Assembly (NCBI RefSeq): GCF_000143415.4
Contig: NW_003314300.1
Location: 656,825 to 720,824 of the forward strand
Source: Selaginella moellendorffii
Taxonomy: Eukaryota; Plantae; Lycopodiophyta
Length of the DNA stretch: 64,000 nucleotides
Direction: 5' to 3'
The number at the start of each line of letters is the position of its first letter. Within the stretch, counting starts at the first letter, position 1. Positions 10,829 through 24,503 of the stretch are shown here, piece after piece. The position numbers and the translations under genes were made by a program. Below the pieces are notes generated by a model. It worked only from the letters and a program-made list of their open reading frames with translations, did no database searches and had not been told where the DNA came from.

Positions 10829-12838
10829 ATGGCACATACTTTTTCCTCTCCTTTCGAGATCGTGGCACTACTAAAGTCCTGCAAGGATCTCGCCCAAGGC
10901 AGGCAAATCCACGCGCAGATTTCGGCTAGCAAACACCACAGCAAGAACATTGCCCTCTCCAACCTCCTCGTCAAGATGTACGGTAGATGTGGCAGCCTCG
11001 ACGATGCATGGCGGGTTTTCGACGGCCTGGATCAGCCCAACGTTTACTCCTGGAATATCATGATTCGAGCATATACCGAGAATGGGGATATGCTGCGAGC
11101 TCGCGCCCTCTTCGACAAGATGGCTCAAAAGAATGTGGTCTCCTGGACAACGATCATAGAATCTTATGGACGAAGCGGGAATATACTTGAAGCCGAGAAT
11201 CTTTTTGAGTTGATGCCTGACCGCGATGTAGTTTCTTGCAATGTGATGATCGAGGCATTTGCCCAGAACGGGCATCTCCAGGCAGCAAGGAGGCTGTTTA
11301 ACGAGATGGACGACAGGGATGTTGCCACGTGGACGACCATGATCACGGCCTACTCCCAACGGGGGGATCTGGTCGTCGCCCGCGAGTTCTTTGAGGGGAT
11401 GCCGTACAGGAGCATTGTTTCGTGGAGCGCCATGGTCACCGGGTACGGACAGAATGGCCAGCTCCAGCAGTCGCGCTGGGTGTTTGAATCCATGCCCGAG
11501 AGGAACCTTTTGACGTGGACAGTCATGGTTGCGGTGTATGCCCAGTGTGGGCATTTGGAGGAGGCCAAAGAGTTGTTTGATGCGATGCCGGAGAGGGATG
11601 TGGTGGCCTGGAATGCGATGATTACCGGGTTTGCGAAGAACTTTAAATTGATGGAAGCGCGCAAGATGTTTGATTCTATGCCTCGGAGGGACTTGGTGTC
11701 GTGGGCATTAATAATCTCTGCATATGCTCAGAACGGGAATATACTACAAGCGGAGGCTTTGTTTAACTTAATGCCTTGCCAAAACTTAATAGCGAAAAAC
11801 ACGATTATGGATGCGTATGCATCTCACGGTCAGATTGACAAAGCTAGATTCTTATTTGATCAGAGTCTAGAACGAAATCTAGTGTCGTGGACAACAATGA
11901 TCACTGCATATGCCAGAAACGGGCATCTGGAAATGGCAAAGGATCTGTTTGATCAGATGCCAGAGCGCGACACTGTTTCTTGGAACACTTTGATCAACGC
12001 TTACGCGCAGCAGGGATTTTTTGATGAGGCATTAGATATTCTCAGCCAGATGCCATGGAAAGATGTAGTGTCGTGGAACATTATCATCGCTGCAAATGCC
12101 CAGAACGGGGAAAACGAACAAGCAATCGCCCTCTTTCGGCAAATGGACCTTGAGGGCATTCCTGCTAACGAGATCACATTTATCACTGTCCTGGACGCCT
12201 GCACAACGATATCTGATCTAAAGATCGGGCGGGCAGTCCATGCCGAGGCAGTGACGAGTGGAATTGGAGGTGTGGAGGCAGTGACCACGGCTGCAATTAC
12301 AATGTGTGGGAAATCCGGGAGCTTGCCAGAGGCTACGAGGCTCTTTCAATCTATGCCGGTCAAGAGCACAGTAGCATGGGGCGCGATGATCACAATCTAC
12401 GCACAGGGTGGTCAAAGTGAAATCGCCCTTGATCTCTTTCGGGACATGGAGCTTGACGGGATCCAAGCGGATGGCATCACTTTCATCGCTGTGCTGTCAG
12501 CTTGCTGCCATTGTGGGAGATTTCGGGAGGGATGGGAGTTTTTTGTGAGCTTGAGGCTGGACTATGGAGTGGAACCCATGGCTGAGCACTATGAGTGTCT
12601 TGTGGATCAGTTGGGAAGAGCGGGCAAGCTGAGAGAGGCGGAAGAACTGATTGAGAGCATGCCATTCTATCCCACTCCAGTTGCTTATACTCAGCTCCTG
12701 AGTGCTGTAAAGACGCAGGAGGGTGATCAAGGTGATCGTGGCAATACCATCAGGTCTAGTGCTGAGAATTTGGCTACTAAAGTACAAGAACTAGATGATC
12801 AAAACTCGTCTAGTTATGTGCTTCTATCCACCTTGTAA
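10829..12838 (+). CDS. PLS-class PPR protein with many S-type repeats and truncated E domain, no DYW
   Basis: Tandem ~31-aa repeats (MPERDVVAWNAMITGFA...), ITFIAVLSACCHCG, EHYECLVDQLGRAG, ends SSSYVLLSTL. Intronless. Confidence 0.95.
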   Translation: MAHTFSSPFEIVALLKSCKDLAQGRQIHAQISASKHHSKNIALSNLLVKMYGRCGSLDDAWRVFDGLDQPNVYSWNIMIRAYTENGDMLRARALFDKMAQKNVVSWTTIIESYGRSGNILEAENLFELMPDRDVVSCNVMIEAFAQNGHLQAARRLFNEMDDRDVATWTTMITAYSQRGDLVVAREFFEGMPYRSIVSWSAMVTGYGQNGQLQQSRWVFESMPERNLLTWTVMVAVYAQCGHLEEAKELFDAMPERDVVAWNAMITGFAKNFKLMEARKMFDSMPRRDLVSWALIISAYAQNGNILQAEALFNLMPCQNLIAKNTIMDAYASHGQIDKARFLFDQSLERNLVSWTTMITAYARNGHLEMAKDLFDQMPERDTVSWNTLINAYAQQGFFDEALDILSQMPWKDVVSWNIIIAANAQNGENEQAIALFRQMDLEGIPANEITFITVLDACTTISDLKIGRAVHAEAVTSGIGGVEAVTTAAITMCGKSGSLPEATRLFQSMPVKSTVAWGAMITIYAQGGQSEIALDLFRDMELDGIQADGITFIAVLSACCHCGRFREGWEFFVSLRLDYGVEPMAEHYECLVDQLGRAGKLREAEELIESMPFYPTPVAYTQLLSAVKTQEGDQGDRGNTIRSSAENLATKVQELDDQNSSSYVLLSTL

Positions 12839-12885
12839 AAAGACAAAGATTTCACTTCGATGTATGTTTTAGCTTTCCAGCCACA

Positions 12886-14268
12886 TTATCTACCACTGAG
12901 CAACAACTGAATGGACTTTCGAAGTTCCATCCCTTCCTCCAGCTTTCCACCCCTCATAAGCATGTCAAAAATGCAAACATAGTGATCAACCATGCTCTCA
13001 ATCCCAAAGTCCTGGATCATGGAGATCAGGAAATGTTTGGCTTGGCAGAGTGATCCTCCATGACCACAAGAAGCAATAATGCCAATAAATGAGATCTCGT
13101 TTGGTGTCACGCCTTCAACAAGCATGCTATGGAAGCATTCAACAGCCCTTCCAAAATGCCCAGTTCGGGAAAGTGCTGTCAACATCGCCGTCCAGGAAAT
13201 GATACTTCGATTTGCCATTCTTGAGAAAACTATCTCTGCCCATTCAATCGATCCACCATTACCATACATGCTGATGACGGCATTTGCAATCTCAATCTCC
13301 TCCGGGTGTACAACTCTCTGGTGGATTTCCCTGCCCTGGAGAAGATCTGGGATGCTAGAACATGCCTCAATCACCGTAAGAAATGTGATCTTGTTTGGTG
13401 GCACATTCATCCTATAAAACAAATCAATTGCCTTCCTTGGCTGGTTATTGCGTGTGTAAGCACAGATCATTGCATTCCATGATGCTGCATTTTTATCTGG
13501 CATGCTCTCAAATAAAATAATTGCTTCTTCCAATTGCCCTGCCTGTCCATATGCGGCTACCATGGCGTTCCACACAATTGTGTCATATGAAGGCATTTGT
13601 ACAAACAGACAATGGGCTTCTTCCAGGTGCCCTGCATGGGCATTTGCTACAACCATAGTTGTCCACGTCACTACATCCTTTTCAAGCATGGACTGAAAAA
13701 CTTGTTTAGATTTAGTTAAATTACCGTCTTGGCAATATGCCGACAATATCGTGTTACACGAGAAAATATCCCATTCAAGCATTCTATTTAGCAGAGTTTC
13801 TGCACTATGCAGATTATTTGTTTTGGCAAAAGCTGCTAGCATTGCATTTGATGCCATGAGATTTTTTTCTGGCATTTTTTCAAAAAAGAGATTTGCCTTA
13901 TCAACACAAGAACATGTGGCATATCCAACGACAAGTGCAACCCATGATTCAATGTCTCGTTCAGGGATGCGATGAAACAAAATTTCTGCTTCTTGTAAAT
14001 GCCCTGATTTGGCATATGCAGCGATCATGTTGTTCCAGGTAAGAATGTTTCTGTAGGGCATCTGGTTGAAGACGTCCAGCGCCCGTTCAATGAGACCACA
14101 CTTTCCGTAAAGTTTGATGATGAGAGTGTTGAGGTAGACATTGGCATGGTGCTCACTTCTTGAAATTTCTGAATGGAGACAAATCCCCGTTCCTAGATTC
14201 TTTGTGTTATAACATGCTTTAAGAAGAGTGCCCAGTCTTCCCACATCAGTTAGGGTTGATTGAAGCAT
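12886..14268 (-). CDS. PLS-class PPR protein lacking E/DYW
   Basis: Repeats of the MPDKNAASWNAMICAY type, PNEISFIGIIASCGHGG, VDHYVCIFDMLMRGG. First ATG at 14268. Confidence 0.9.
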   Translation of the reverse strand: MLQSTLTDVGRLGTLLKACYNTKNLGTGICLHSEISRSEHHANVYLNTLIIKLYGKCGLIERALDVFNQMPYRNILTWNNMIAAYAKSGHLQEAEILFHRIPERDIESWVALVVGYATCSCVDKANLFFEKMPEKNLMASNAMLAAFAKTNNLHSAETLLNRMLEWDIFSCNTILSAYCQDGNLTKSKQVFQSMLEKDVVTWTTMVVANAHAGHLEEAHCLFVQMPSYDTIVWNAMVAAYGQAGQLEEAIILFESMPDKNAASWNAMICAYTRNNQPRKAIDLFYRMNVPPNKITFLTVIEACSSIPDLLQGREIHQRVVHPEEIEIANAVISMYGNGGSIEWAEIVFSRMANRSIISWTAMLTALSRTGHFGRAVECFHSMLVEGVTPNEISFIGIIASCGHGGSLCQAKHFLISMIQDFGIESMVDHYVCIFDMLMRGGKLEEGMELRKSIQLLLSGR

Positions 14269-14680
14269 GCTAGAGCAAATCAATCAATCTATACATTTAT
14301 TTCAAAGAATGTTTAAAATGTATAGCAGAGAATATTATTAACAAATCCTATTACAAATTAAATTTTTTGCACTGCAACATTTTAGTATTTTTATAGGTGT
14401 TTTAATTTAGTATCTTGTCAAATATTAAAATTAACTATGAATTATTTATTATTTAAAATTAGAAAATATTAAGAGTATTAATACAAATATGCTACACTTG
14501 CAATGACAAATATAAGGTGGCAAAACAACGTGCTTTGCTTGTAAGTAAAATTTAGGAATGTCTAATTAATGCTTGTGAGGTCAACTTTACCTCATTCTTG
14601 AGATTACCTTTATAATTTCATCAATTAATGATTTCTAAACAAAAAAAAACTCAGAGAGAAAGAGAGAGATCAAATAACAT

Positions 14681-14827
14681 TGGCAGGCTTGCAACGGTAG
14701 AGATCTAGGAAGTCAAGGATGGTGAAGATGGCAAAGCTCTATTTCTTTGTCCACTGACAGTGTGAATATTTGTGAATGTGATGTGGAGTACGACTTGGGG
14801 GATGCACAGTGATTACTTGCTGAGTAA
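14681..14827 (+). pseudogene. Deleted relic of the 3' end of the kelch-like gene (inverted copy)
   Basis: Collinear blocks match the reverse complement of ~24504-24780 (GTAGAGAT..AAGGATGGTGAAG; ATTTCTTTGT.CACTGAC; TACGACTTGGGGGATGC; TTACTTGCTGAG-stop = LLAE*), with several internal deletions. Confidence 0.8.
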
Positions 14828-14975
14828 AAGAGCTAGATCATTCTTTCTTCCGTTTGTTCATTCGAAACATGTTTCTCATTGTCTCTTGACACGTTTTCAC
14901 AATCAACAATCTCCGGAACTTAAGTTCCATCCTTGTTTAAAACCGAAATGTAATTGGAGATGGAAAATATTGATG

Positions 14976-16294
<1,319 letters not shown>

Positions 16295-16346
16295 CGCTCT
16301 CTGGAAGGACAAGTTAAAGAACAACACCAGAAAGTACACTTATCAC

Positions 16347-18681
16347 TTACCAAAAGGTAACTTGCTGAGAGAGTATCAGATCCGATAACGTTTTACCATG
16401 CCTGTCAATCCTCCTTGAACAAGTCACCCCTCCATCCAGTACATTCCTTACAACAACGTTGAGAGAATGTATCCCTTCGACCAGATAAACAGAAACTTCA
16501 GCTTCTCCGGCCTGACCAACGAAGGCCGTCGCGAATACATTTTTCACCCATTTGGCCGTTACGACCTCTTGCAGTCGAGCTATGTCGTCGGTGCAATGCG
16601 GAATCAAGCTGAAGTTCAGTGTATTCCCCTTGTCACCAGTTCTGCTGTGAGCAATGTGATATAGAGGAATGCCAACACCTCTTGGAGCTGGAGCTGTCTT
16701 TGCAGATGGACTTGGCGTCGGTAAAACATCCATGCAAACCACGGAGTTTGATTGACAACACTCGAGCCTCCTCTGTGTGCCTGAAAACGCAGTTTTCCAG
16801 GACACGGCATCGCGGGAGACTAATTTCTTTTTCAGTGTTATTTCTCTCTTGATCCCTGAACTGCAAACGTATGTCTCGTCAGTAAAAACAAAAGACAATT
16901 ATGAACGACCATACCGTATGCCACCTCCTCCAGCAGGTCCATTCGTGTAGAGCGCTCCAAACTCTCGGACAAGTGCAGCAGCCTCCTCTTCTGTTCCAAA
17001 TGATCCATCGACACGCAGCCGAGCTTCGTGACAGACTACTGGCGGACTGGGACTTGCGAACAGACTATCTTTACCAATGACGCACGAAAGAATTCTTTGC
17101 TGAATTCCAGGGAACGATTCCTCCAACCACGACCGAACCTGCAAAATACTAGTTGCTAAGGTGAGACGACAATCTTAAGCGACAAACCAGTTTATCGGAT
17201 AGATTGGCACGCTCGTCGCAATATAAGCCACCGTACGAGATTTCTCCCCAACCTTTCCAGCCACAAAACTAGACAAACAACAAGTCAGGACAGTACCTTT
17301 GTGCTGCTAAACTTACGGATGGGATCAGGCGAAGTAGCAAGCTGGGAGAACAATGAGCCTCAGCGCCGCTTACAATTACTTTGTCTTTTGAGAGCTCCCT
17401 GAAATTGACCTTGCGGAGATCTAGAATCTGTTTTGCAAGGAACATAAGAAGCGTTAAATGAAAGGGTGCAGTCTGTACCACATCAGGGGTGATATACGAA
17501 GAAGGATCGTCCACTTCATATATAAGCTGCTCAGAGCATGTTCTCTCACTTATTTCTCCCCCAGAGCCTTCAGCTTTGGCGACGACTACTTTTCCGTCCC
17601 AGGAAATGTCAGCGTATGGCAGCGAAACGTCAAGAAGTTCTGGAAACGGAAGACTTCGAAGCTTGTCACCTGCATTTGTTTTTATTTGAGTTAACAGTTT
17701 CGGAAGAGCTGGGACAGAAAGCACAACCTGGATGCACGTAGTACCCTCCTGTCAGCTGGCATCCACATTCCAGGAGATGAGCAGCGACCGCACCTTGAGC
17801 AAGCTCTTTGTAGCTGTTCCAGTTCCAGCCAAGCTCGAAAATCTAGAAAGCATTCCTTGGAGATGTCTTTGCAAGAACTAGCTTCTTACCATCGGTCCCA
17901 GGAAAAGCGCAACATCGGCCACACGACTGGTGATGATAACATGAGGCCGACATTGCTGTAATACTTGCACGATTGGAGCTGCTCCAAGGTAAGTGCTAGA
18001 ACCCTGTCGTCAACTAGTTAGATCGGATAAACATCGAGCCATATCAATCACTTACATCAGAAGGAAGCGGATACTCGTAGGCCACAGCCACAGAGATATG
18101 AATCCCAAGTTTTGAAGAGAGCTTGAGAACCTCGTCTTGTGCTCCCAAAGGATCCACTGAAAAGACAAAGTTCCTTAAACATCTCTTTTAAAAAGCAGGA
18201 GAGACCTCCGCCCATGTTTGTGACGATGCAAACTCCTTTCTCCACTGCTACTGGAAGAAGAGAAGTCATCCATTCCGAGACTAGAATTTTTATCTGGAAA
18301 CCATCAGCCTTGCTAGAAGATGGAAGAACCAAGACGAAAAACATAAAAAGACAAGCTCTTACTTCGAGGATCATAGCCTTGGCCACCGGCGGCTTTAGCT
18401 TCCACACGCTCCACAAAGGTCCGCTCGGCGAGACACTCTAGAACCAAGTACTGCAAGCTTGGCACCCGATGGAGGAGCTTCAATGCCGCGCGGGGCCTGT
18501 CGCCAGCAAAGCCGGCGCCACATCCAATCCTCACAACATCTTTCTGCCGCAAAGGATTCTCCCTCTGAAAGAAAGAGGATCGAACGCACGATTCGAGCTA
18601 CTTGCTACTCACCAGCGTCACTGTGCTCTCGGACGATGGATCGGCGTGGAGCTCAAACACGCGATCGTTGCCAGTGGCCAT
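16347..18681 (-). CDS. AtuA/DUF1446 acyclic-terpene-utilisation-family protein, multi-exon
   Basis: RIGCGAGFAGDRP, YLVLECLAERT, GYDPR, TNMG, STYLGAAPIV, TSRVADVALF, AAHLLECGCQLTGGY, YITPDV, LYTNGPAGGGG, AHSRTGDKGN, LDGGVTCSRRIDRHGKT. Confidence 0.92.
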
Positions 18682-18719
18682 AGGACCTCCCTCCCGCCCT
18701 AAGATATAAATCTAATTAA

Positions 18720-21700
18720 TGTGGAAGTTTCCAAATACAAGTTTGCTTAACAGCATATTTTCTAAGCAAAAGGCCATTGTTTTCCCTATTTTATTCGAAT
18801 ATATAGAATGGTCATGAAGTATATATGATAAAGTTTGTAAATATATCCAAGAAAAAACTAAGATAACCAATATTCCTCTCATCAAATTATGTAGAACAAT
18901 TTACAATTTGAATGAGATAACTAGAGTTACTTTTTAGCTATTTAGTTTACTTTGACAAGCTTAACTATAATAGAACATTTTTTCCCTAAATTTCTAAATA
19001 TAACTGGTGAATATTCAAGTATCAATAACTATTAATTACACCCCTTTTCCTAATCAATTAAGGATTTTAAGATAAAGTGTTTTTTGAATAATATTGGGCT
19101 GGGTGACTTCTCGGGAAGTCTAAACTTAAGAACTTATAAATTTATTACTTTTGTTAATATTTTGTTTTCAAGAATTTCCTTTACAATCTCTTTGATTTTC
19201 ATCTTTTCTTTATTTTATTAAAGGCTATAATGACAATAGGTGGTTTAAGTCCAAGGATATTTAGGTTTTTAGTTCTCTAATCAAAACCTTTAATTATGAA
19301 TATGAAGTAAAAATCTTCTCTCCTCTAATATATATTTCAAGTTGAAATATCACTTTTGTTTCATTAAAGGCTATAATTCACAATAATGTGGGTGAGGTGG
19401 TTTAAGTCCAAGGATATTTAAGTTTTTAGTTCTCTAGTCAAAACCTTTAACTATGAATGTGAAGCAAAAATCTTCTCTCCTCCTCTAATATGTAATTCAA
19501 GTTGAAATATCACTCTTAGGCCATCCCTAAATCTTGCAAGTTCATCATTAGTGATAATTATAGTAGTCTATAATGCTTTCTAGTTGTCTTGCTTGTCAAT
19601 TTCCCTAAATCTTACAAGTTCATCATTAGTGATAATTATAGTAGTTTACAATGCTTTCTAGTTTTTTTGCTTATCAATTTATATGTGCCTATTTTCTTAT
19701 AGATCTTTGAGCATTTCTTATAAACTCTTGAATTTAAATTTTCTGAGAGGTCATTTAGCCTAAACCTAAAGACACTTAGCCTTAAGTATCCCAAAACTTT
19801 TAATTAATTGGAAAAAGGGGTATATTTTTATTCATGGGCCTTTTCCCTTTATATTTAAACCCCATAAATCATCTCTTAAATCATTCTTTTTTTTTTTTTA
19901 CACTTCCATCCTCATATAATGGCAACATCTTTTTAAAATTATACCACTGTTAATAGTTTTAGGTCTAAATGTAATTAGAGGATGAAGACCAAACAAAACA
20001 TCCACAACTAGTGTAAATAAAGACCATACACATCCATTGTAGTGATATATATCCCCATGAAGAACTTCTATATAAAAAATATCATGAAATGAGCATTTTA
20101 ATTGTTAATATTCATGGTTCATTATGATAGGCATTTTAAATATGTCAATAACACATTTAATTAAGATCAAGAGACATTTTTTAAAGCTCTACAATCAATC
20201 ATCTAGTTTATGACACCATTATTATTGGATTCAATTGTTAATTTTGCAAGAATATATGGTTGTATCATACCAGTTGCAAGGCAAAAATATCCTCACAATA
20301 GCCTATGTGGCAAAGTTATAATGCATGTTAGCACACATGCCCATCTAATGTAAGAAGTGATATAGAGGAGTTTTGTGAATCAATTTAAAAAAGCAAAAAC
20401 TACAAGGAACTCAACTATAGCACCAAAATATATTCAAAAGATTATGTTGAAGAATTTTATTGTTGGGCTACTAAAAGAATCTATACTAGCTTATGGGAGA
20501 TATTATGTGGTCTGCAACCTAATACAAGCTTAAAGAGGTATATTTGGTAATTTTAAGAAATATCTTCCTCATTTTTTGCTTTATATAAGATTGTGCAATT
20601 CTAAAAAGGGGAAAAGTGCATCCTTAAACTAAAATAGACCTAATCATTTAATAATACATAGTTACATAATGTTGAATATTAAGGTATCTTTGACCTTAAT
20701 TAGTTTAATTACTATATCCTTATAATTTTATAGTAGTAATTTATTTCCAAACTAAGTTGTTAATGAAAATGAGGACCCTTTGGTTATAAGATGTCTATGA
20801 TAAACTTGGATCTTGTCTCATATTAAATATGATTGGCTCAAGTGACTTAGTAAATTCTTAGATATATTGCATTGGGTATGAATCTTTACATATTTGTCAA
20901 ATCTAATGCAAACTATAGAGTAGCTTTCACAGAAAAGGAAAATAATTAGGAATAGAGCCATTTGTTAAAATATTCATAAATGGATGAAAAAGAAAGTGAT
21001 TCTAACTACCTGAATAATGACATTTGCCATTGAAAAGGCACACTACAAAGCACATGCCTTGGGCTTCATCCACTTTACATATTGGTTTTCCTTTGGTTGT
21101 GAAGATGGTGGGATGGACTTTGGAGCTACAATCTTGACATTATTCTATTCTAAGAACCCACTTCTTGACTGAGCTAGCTCAAGTGTCAGACGAAGAAAGC
21201 ACATCCTAATAAGTTAAATCTCTACAATATTTTTCTTAATAAGATATATTTTGCAAATACAAATTTTAGATCTAATCAATTTACCTTTGAGCAATATGGT
21301 AGCTCATATACAATCTTTACCATTTTAAAAAACATTTTGTGATAGTCTTTCAAAGTGACATTGCAATGTATTATACTATTATAACTCTTGTTGCCATTGC
21401 TTCCACTAAATGCCACAAAACGTATAATCTTGAAAGTCACCACATTACAATTTTTTTAGGTGAGGTAGTTATTTTTCTCTACATGATTTGTTGTGGTCTC
21501 AATCATTGCATTTGTCTCTAGAATCATCCCTCTCTTATGTATGGTTTGGCAATGGGATTACTAATGTGGCTCCTCACTCTTGAACTACTGCGAGAAAAAT
21601 TGCAAAAGTTAAAACTACCAACACTTAGGATGTTTTTCCCAGAGTGCAAAAGGTAATTGATAAAAAGAATCTAGTTTCAAATTTAATATTATGAACCTAA

Positions 21701-21860
21701 CATTGAATGAATGGATTGAAAATATTTGGAAAGAAGTTAATGTTTTTTATATATTTAAAGTGTGCCATTCTGAAACACTCAGCAAAAACAAGTTCAACTC
21801 TTTAACTTGGGAGATGAAGAGTGGTCCACCCTCTGTTTTACTGTTTTTTCCAATACTAGT
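18720..21860. other. AT-rich, ORF-poor island, probably decayed repeat/TE sequence
   Basis: Sharp drop in GC and CpG, no long ORFs, internal tandem duplications. Confidence 0.55.
19218..19680. repeat. Two adjacent tandem duplications (~146-bp period x2, then 78-bp unit x2)
   Basis: TTAAAGGCTATAAT...GTTGAAATATCAC at 19218 and 19364. CCCTAAATCTT...TCAATTT at 19525 and 19603. Confidence 0.9.
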
Positions 21861-22004
21861 GTATGGAATCAAATTCAAAAACAGTCAGCTACAAGAGGAT
21901 GGTCATCGATGCCAGGTTTTGCCTTAAATCACAGAGGAAGCCGGGCTTGGAGATGGTGCCACTGATGTCCATGTCACCCATGAGCAACCCCAGCACTCTA
22001 TACA

Positions 22005-22372
22005 TCACAAGGACGCATTCGTGGAGTTGTTCGTCCCAAATCTCACTAACACAGTCCCGTTTCGATCATACACGCCCAGCGTCACCGTCTCCTCAAGAAC
22101 AAGCTCGCACTCCCGTCCACTCCCCTTCGTTCTCGCCTGCCACAAGACCTCGTTGCTCGAACTCTCGCTAAACACCGCATTGCAACCTTCTCCCATCTCC
22201 AGAACGTACTCGGGCCTTCTCACTGGCAGCGAGGGATTGTTGTAATGAGGGCTAAGAACCTGGCGTAGAGCTCGTTGCTGGCGGCATGGGTGAGGGTGTG
22301 ATCGTCGTCTTGGGTGTGCATGAGGAAGTTTGCTCCAAGGATCATCAAGAGGGTCAGGAATAGCGTAATCAT
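22005..22372 (-). pseudogene. Frameshifted secreted GNA/bulb-type lectin-like gene
   Basis: ATG 22372 gives a signal-peptide-like MITLFLTLLMILGANFLMH...SNELYA. A frame change then gives QVLSP...YVLEMGEGCNAVF...VLWQARTKGSGRECELVLEETVTLGVYDRNGTVL, matching the bulb-lectin pattern (NxLYxG, MxxxCNxV, WxxxT, CxLxL..VY). Confidence 0.6.
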
Positions 22373-22846
22373 GACAATAGCTGATCTGATCGATCAGCCC
22401 CCCTCCCCCGTTTGCCCCAATTGCTGTAGCCAGAGGGAGCACCTGGCTCGCAAATTCCTCCGGATTCAAGCTGCTGGTTGCACTTGATCAGCTCCAAGAG
22501 TGCTTGCTGCTAGCGAATATAATCGGGGACACAAGGGGGATGCAAACGCATTTGAAGTTCAAAAGCTCAATATGCTTCTTTCTGGCACACGAAGTTTCCT
22601 CACAGTCTTGTCCAACTCGGAAATAAAGATAGCACGAAATGTGTGCCTCGTACTCCTCGCAACTATAGTCAACTATGAGTTGCGTGCCTCAGACTCTTCG
22701 CCCGGACGAGAGAGGCCGGAGCATTCCATCAGTGCATGGTTTTTTTACGGTCTCGATCAGTGATGCGGTCACTATTTGGCCAACGCGATTCCAACCCATG
22801 GCAAGCTAGTCTTAGACGGATCTTGACTTTTACCAATGGCAAGTGG

Positions 22847-22992
22847 GAGGTTCTTAAATTCTCTTCAAAGCTTGGGATTCATATTTCTGTGGCTGTAGCC
22901 TACAAGTATCCACTTCCTTCTGATGCAAGTGATTGATATGGCTCGATTTTTATCCGATGTACCTACAGCAAGGTCGGCCTTGGAGCACCTCC
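22847..22992 (+). pseudogene. Inverted relic of an internal AtuA exon/intron segment, fused to the upstream region of OPR copy 2
   Basis: GAGGTTCT..CTCTTCAAA.CTTGGGATTCATAT.TCTGTGGCTGT.GCCTAC.AGTATCC.CTTCCTTCTGATG.AAGTGATTGATATGGCTCGAT..CCTTGGAGCA.CTCC equals the reverse complement of ~17975-18143. Confidence 0.88.
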
Positions 22993-23027
22993 TTGGAGGT
23001 GTTGCTCTTTAACTTGTCCTTGCAGCA

Positions 23028-24345
<1,318 letters not shown>

Positions 24346-24503
24346 CATCAATATTTTTTATCTATCTTACTCCATTTCTATGCCTTTTCTTTGTAAGATC
24401 GTCAGGATGGAAACTTGTGTTGATAGATTGTGAAAACGTGTTAATAGACAATGAGAAACATACTTCGATTGAACAAACGAAAGAAAGCATGATTTAGCAT
24501 CTT

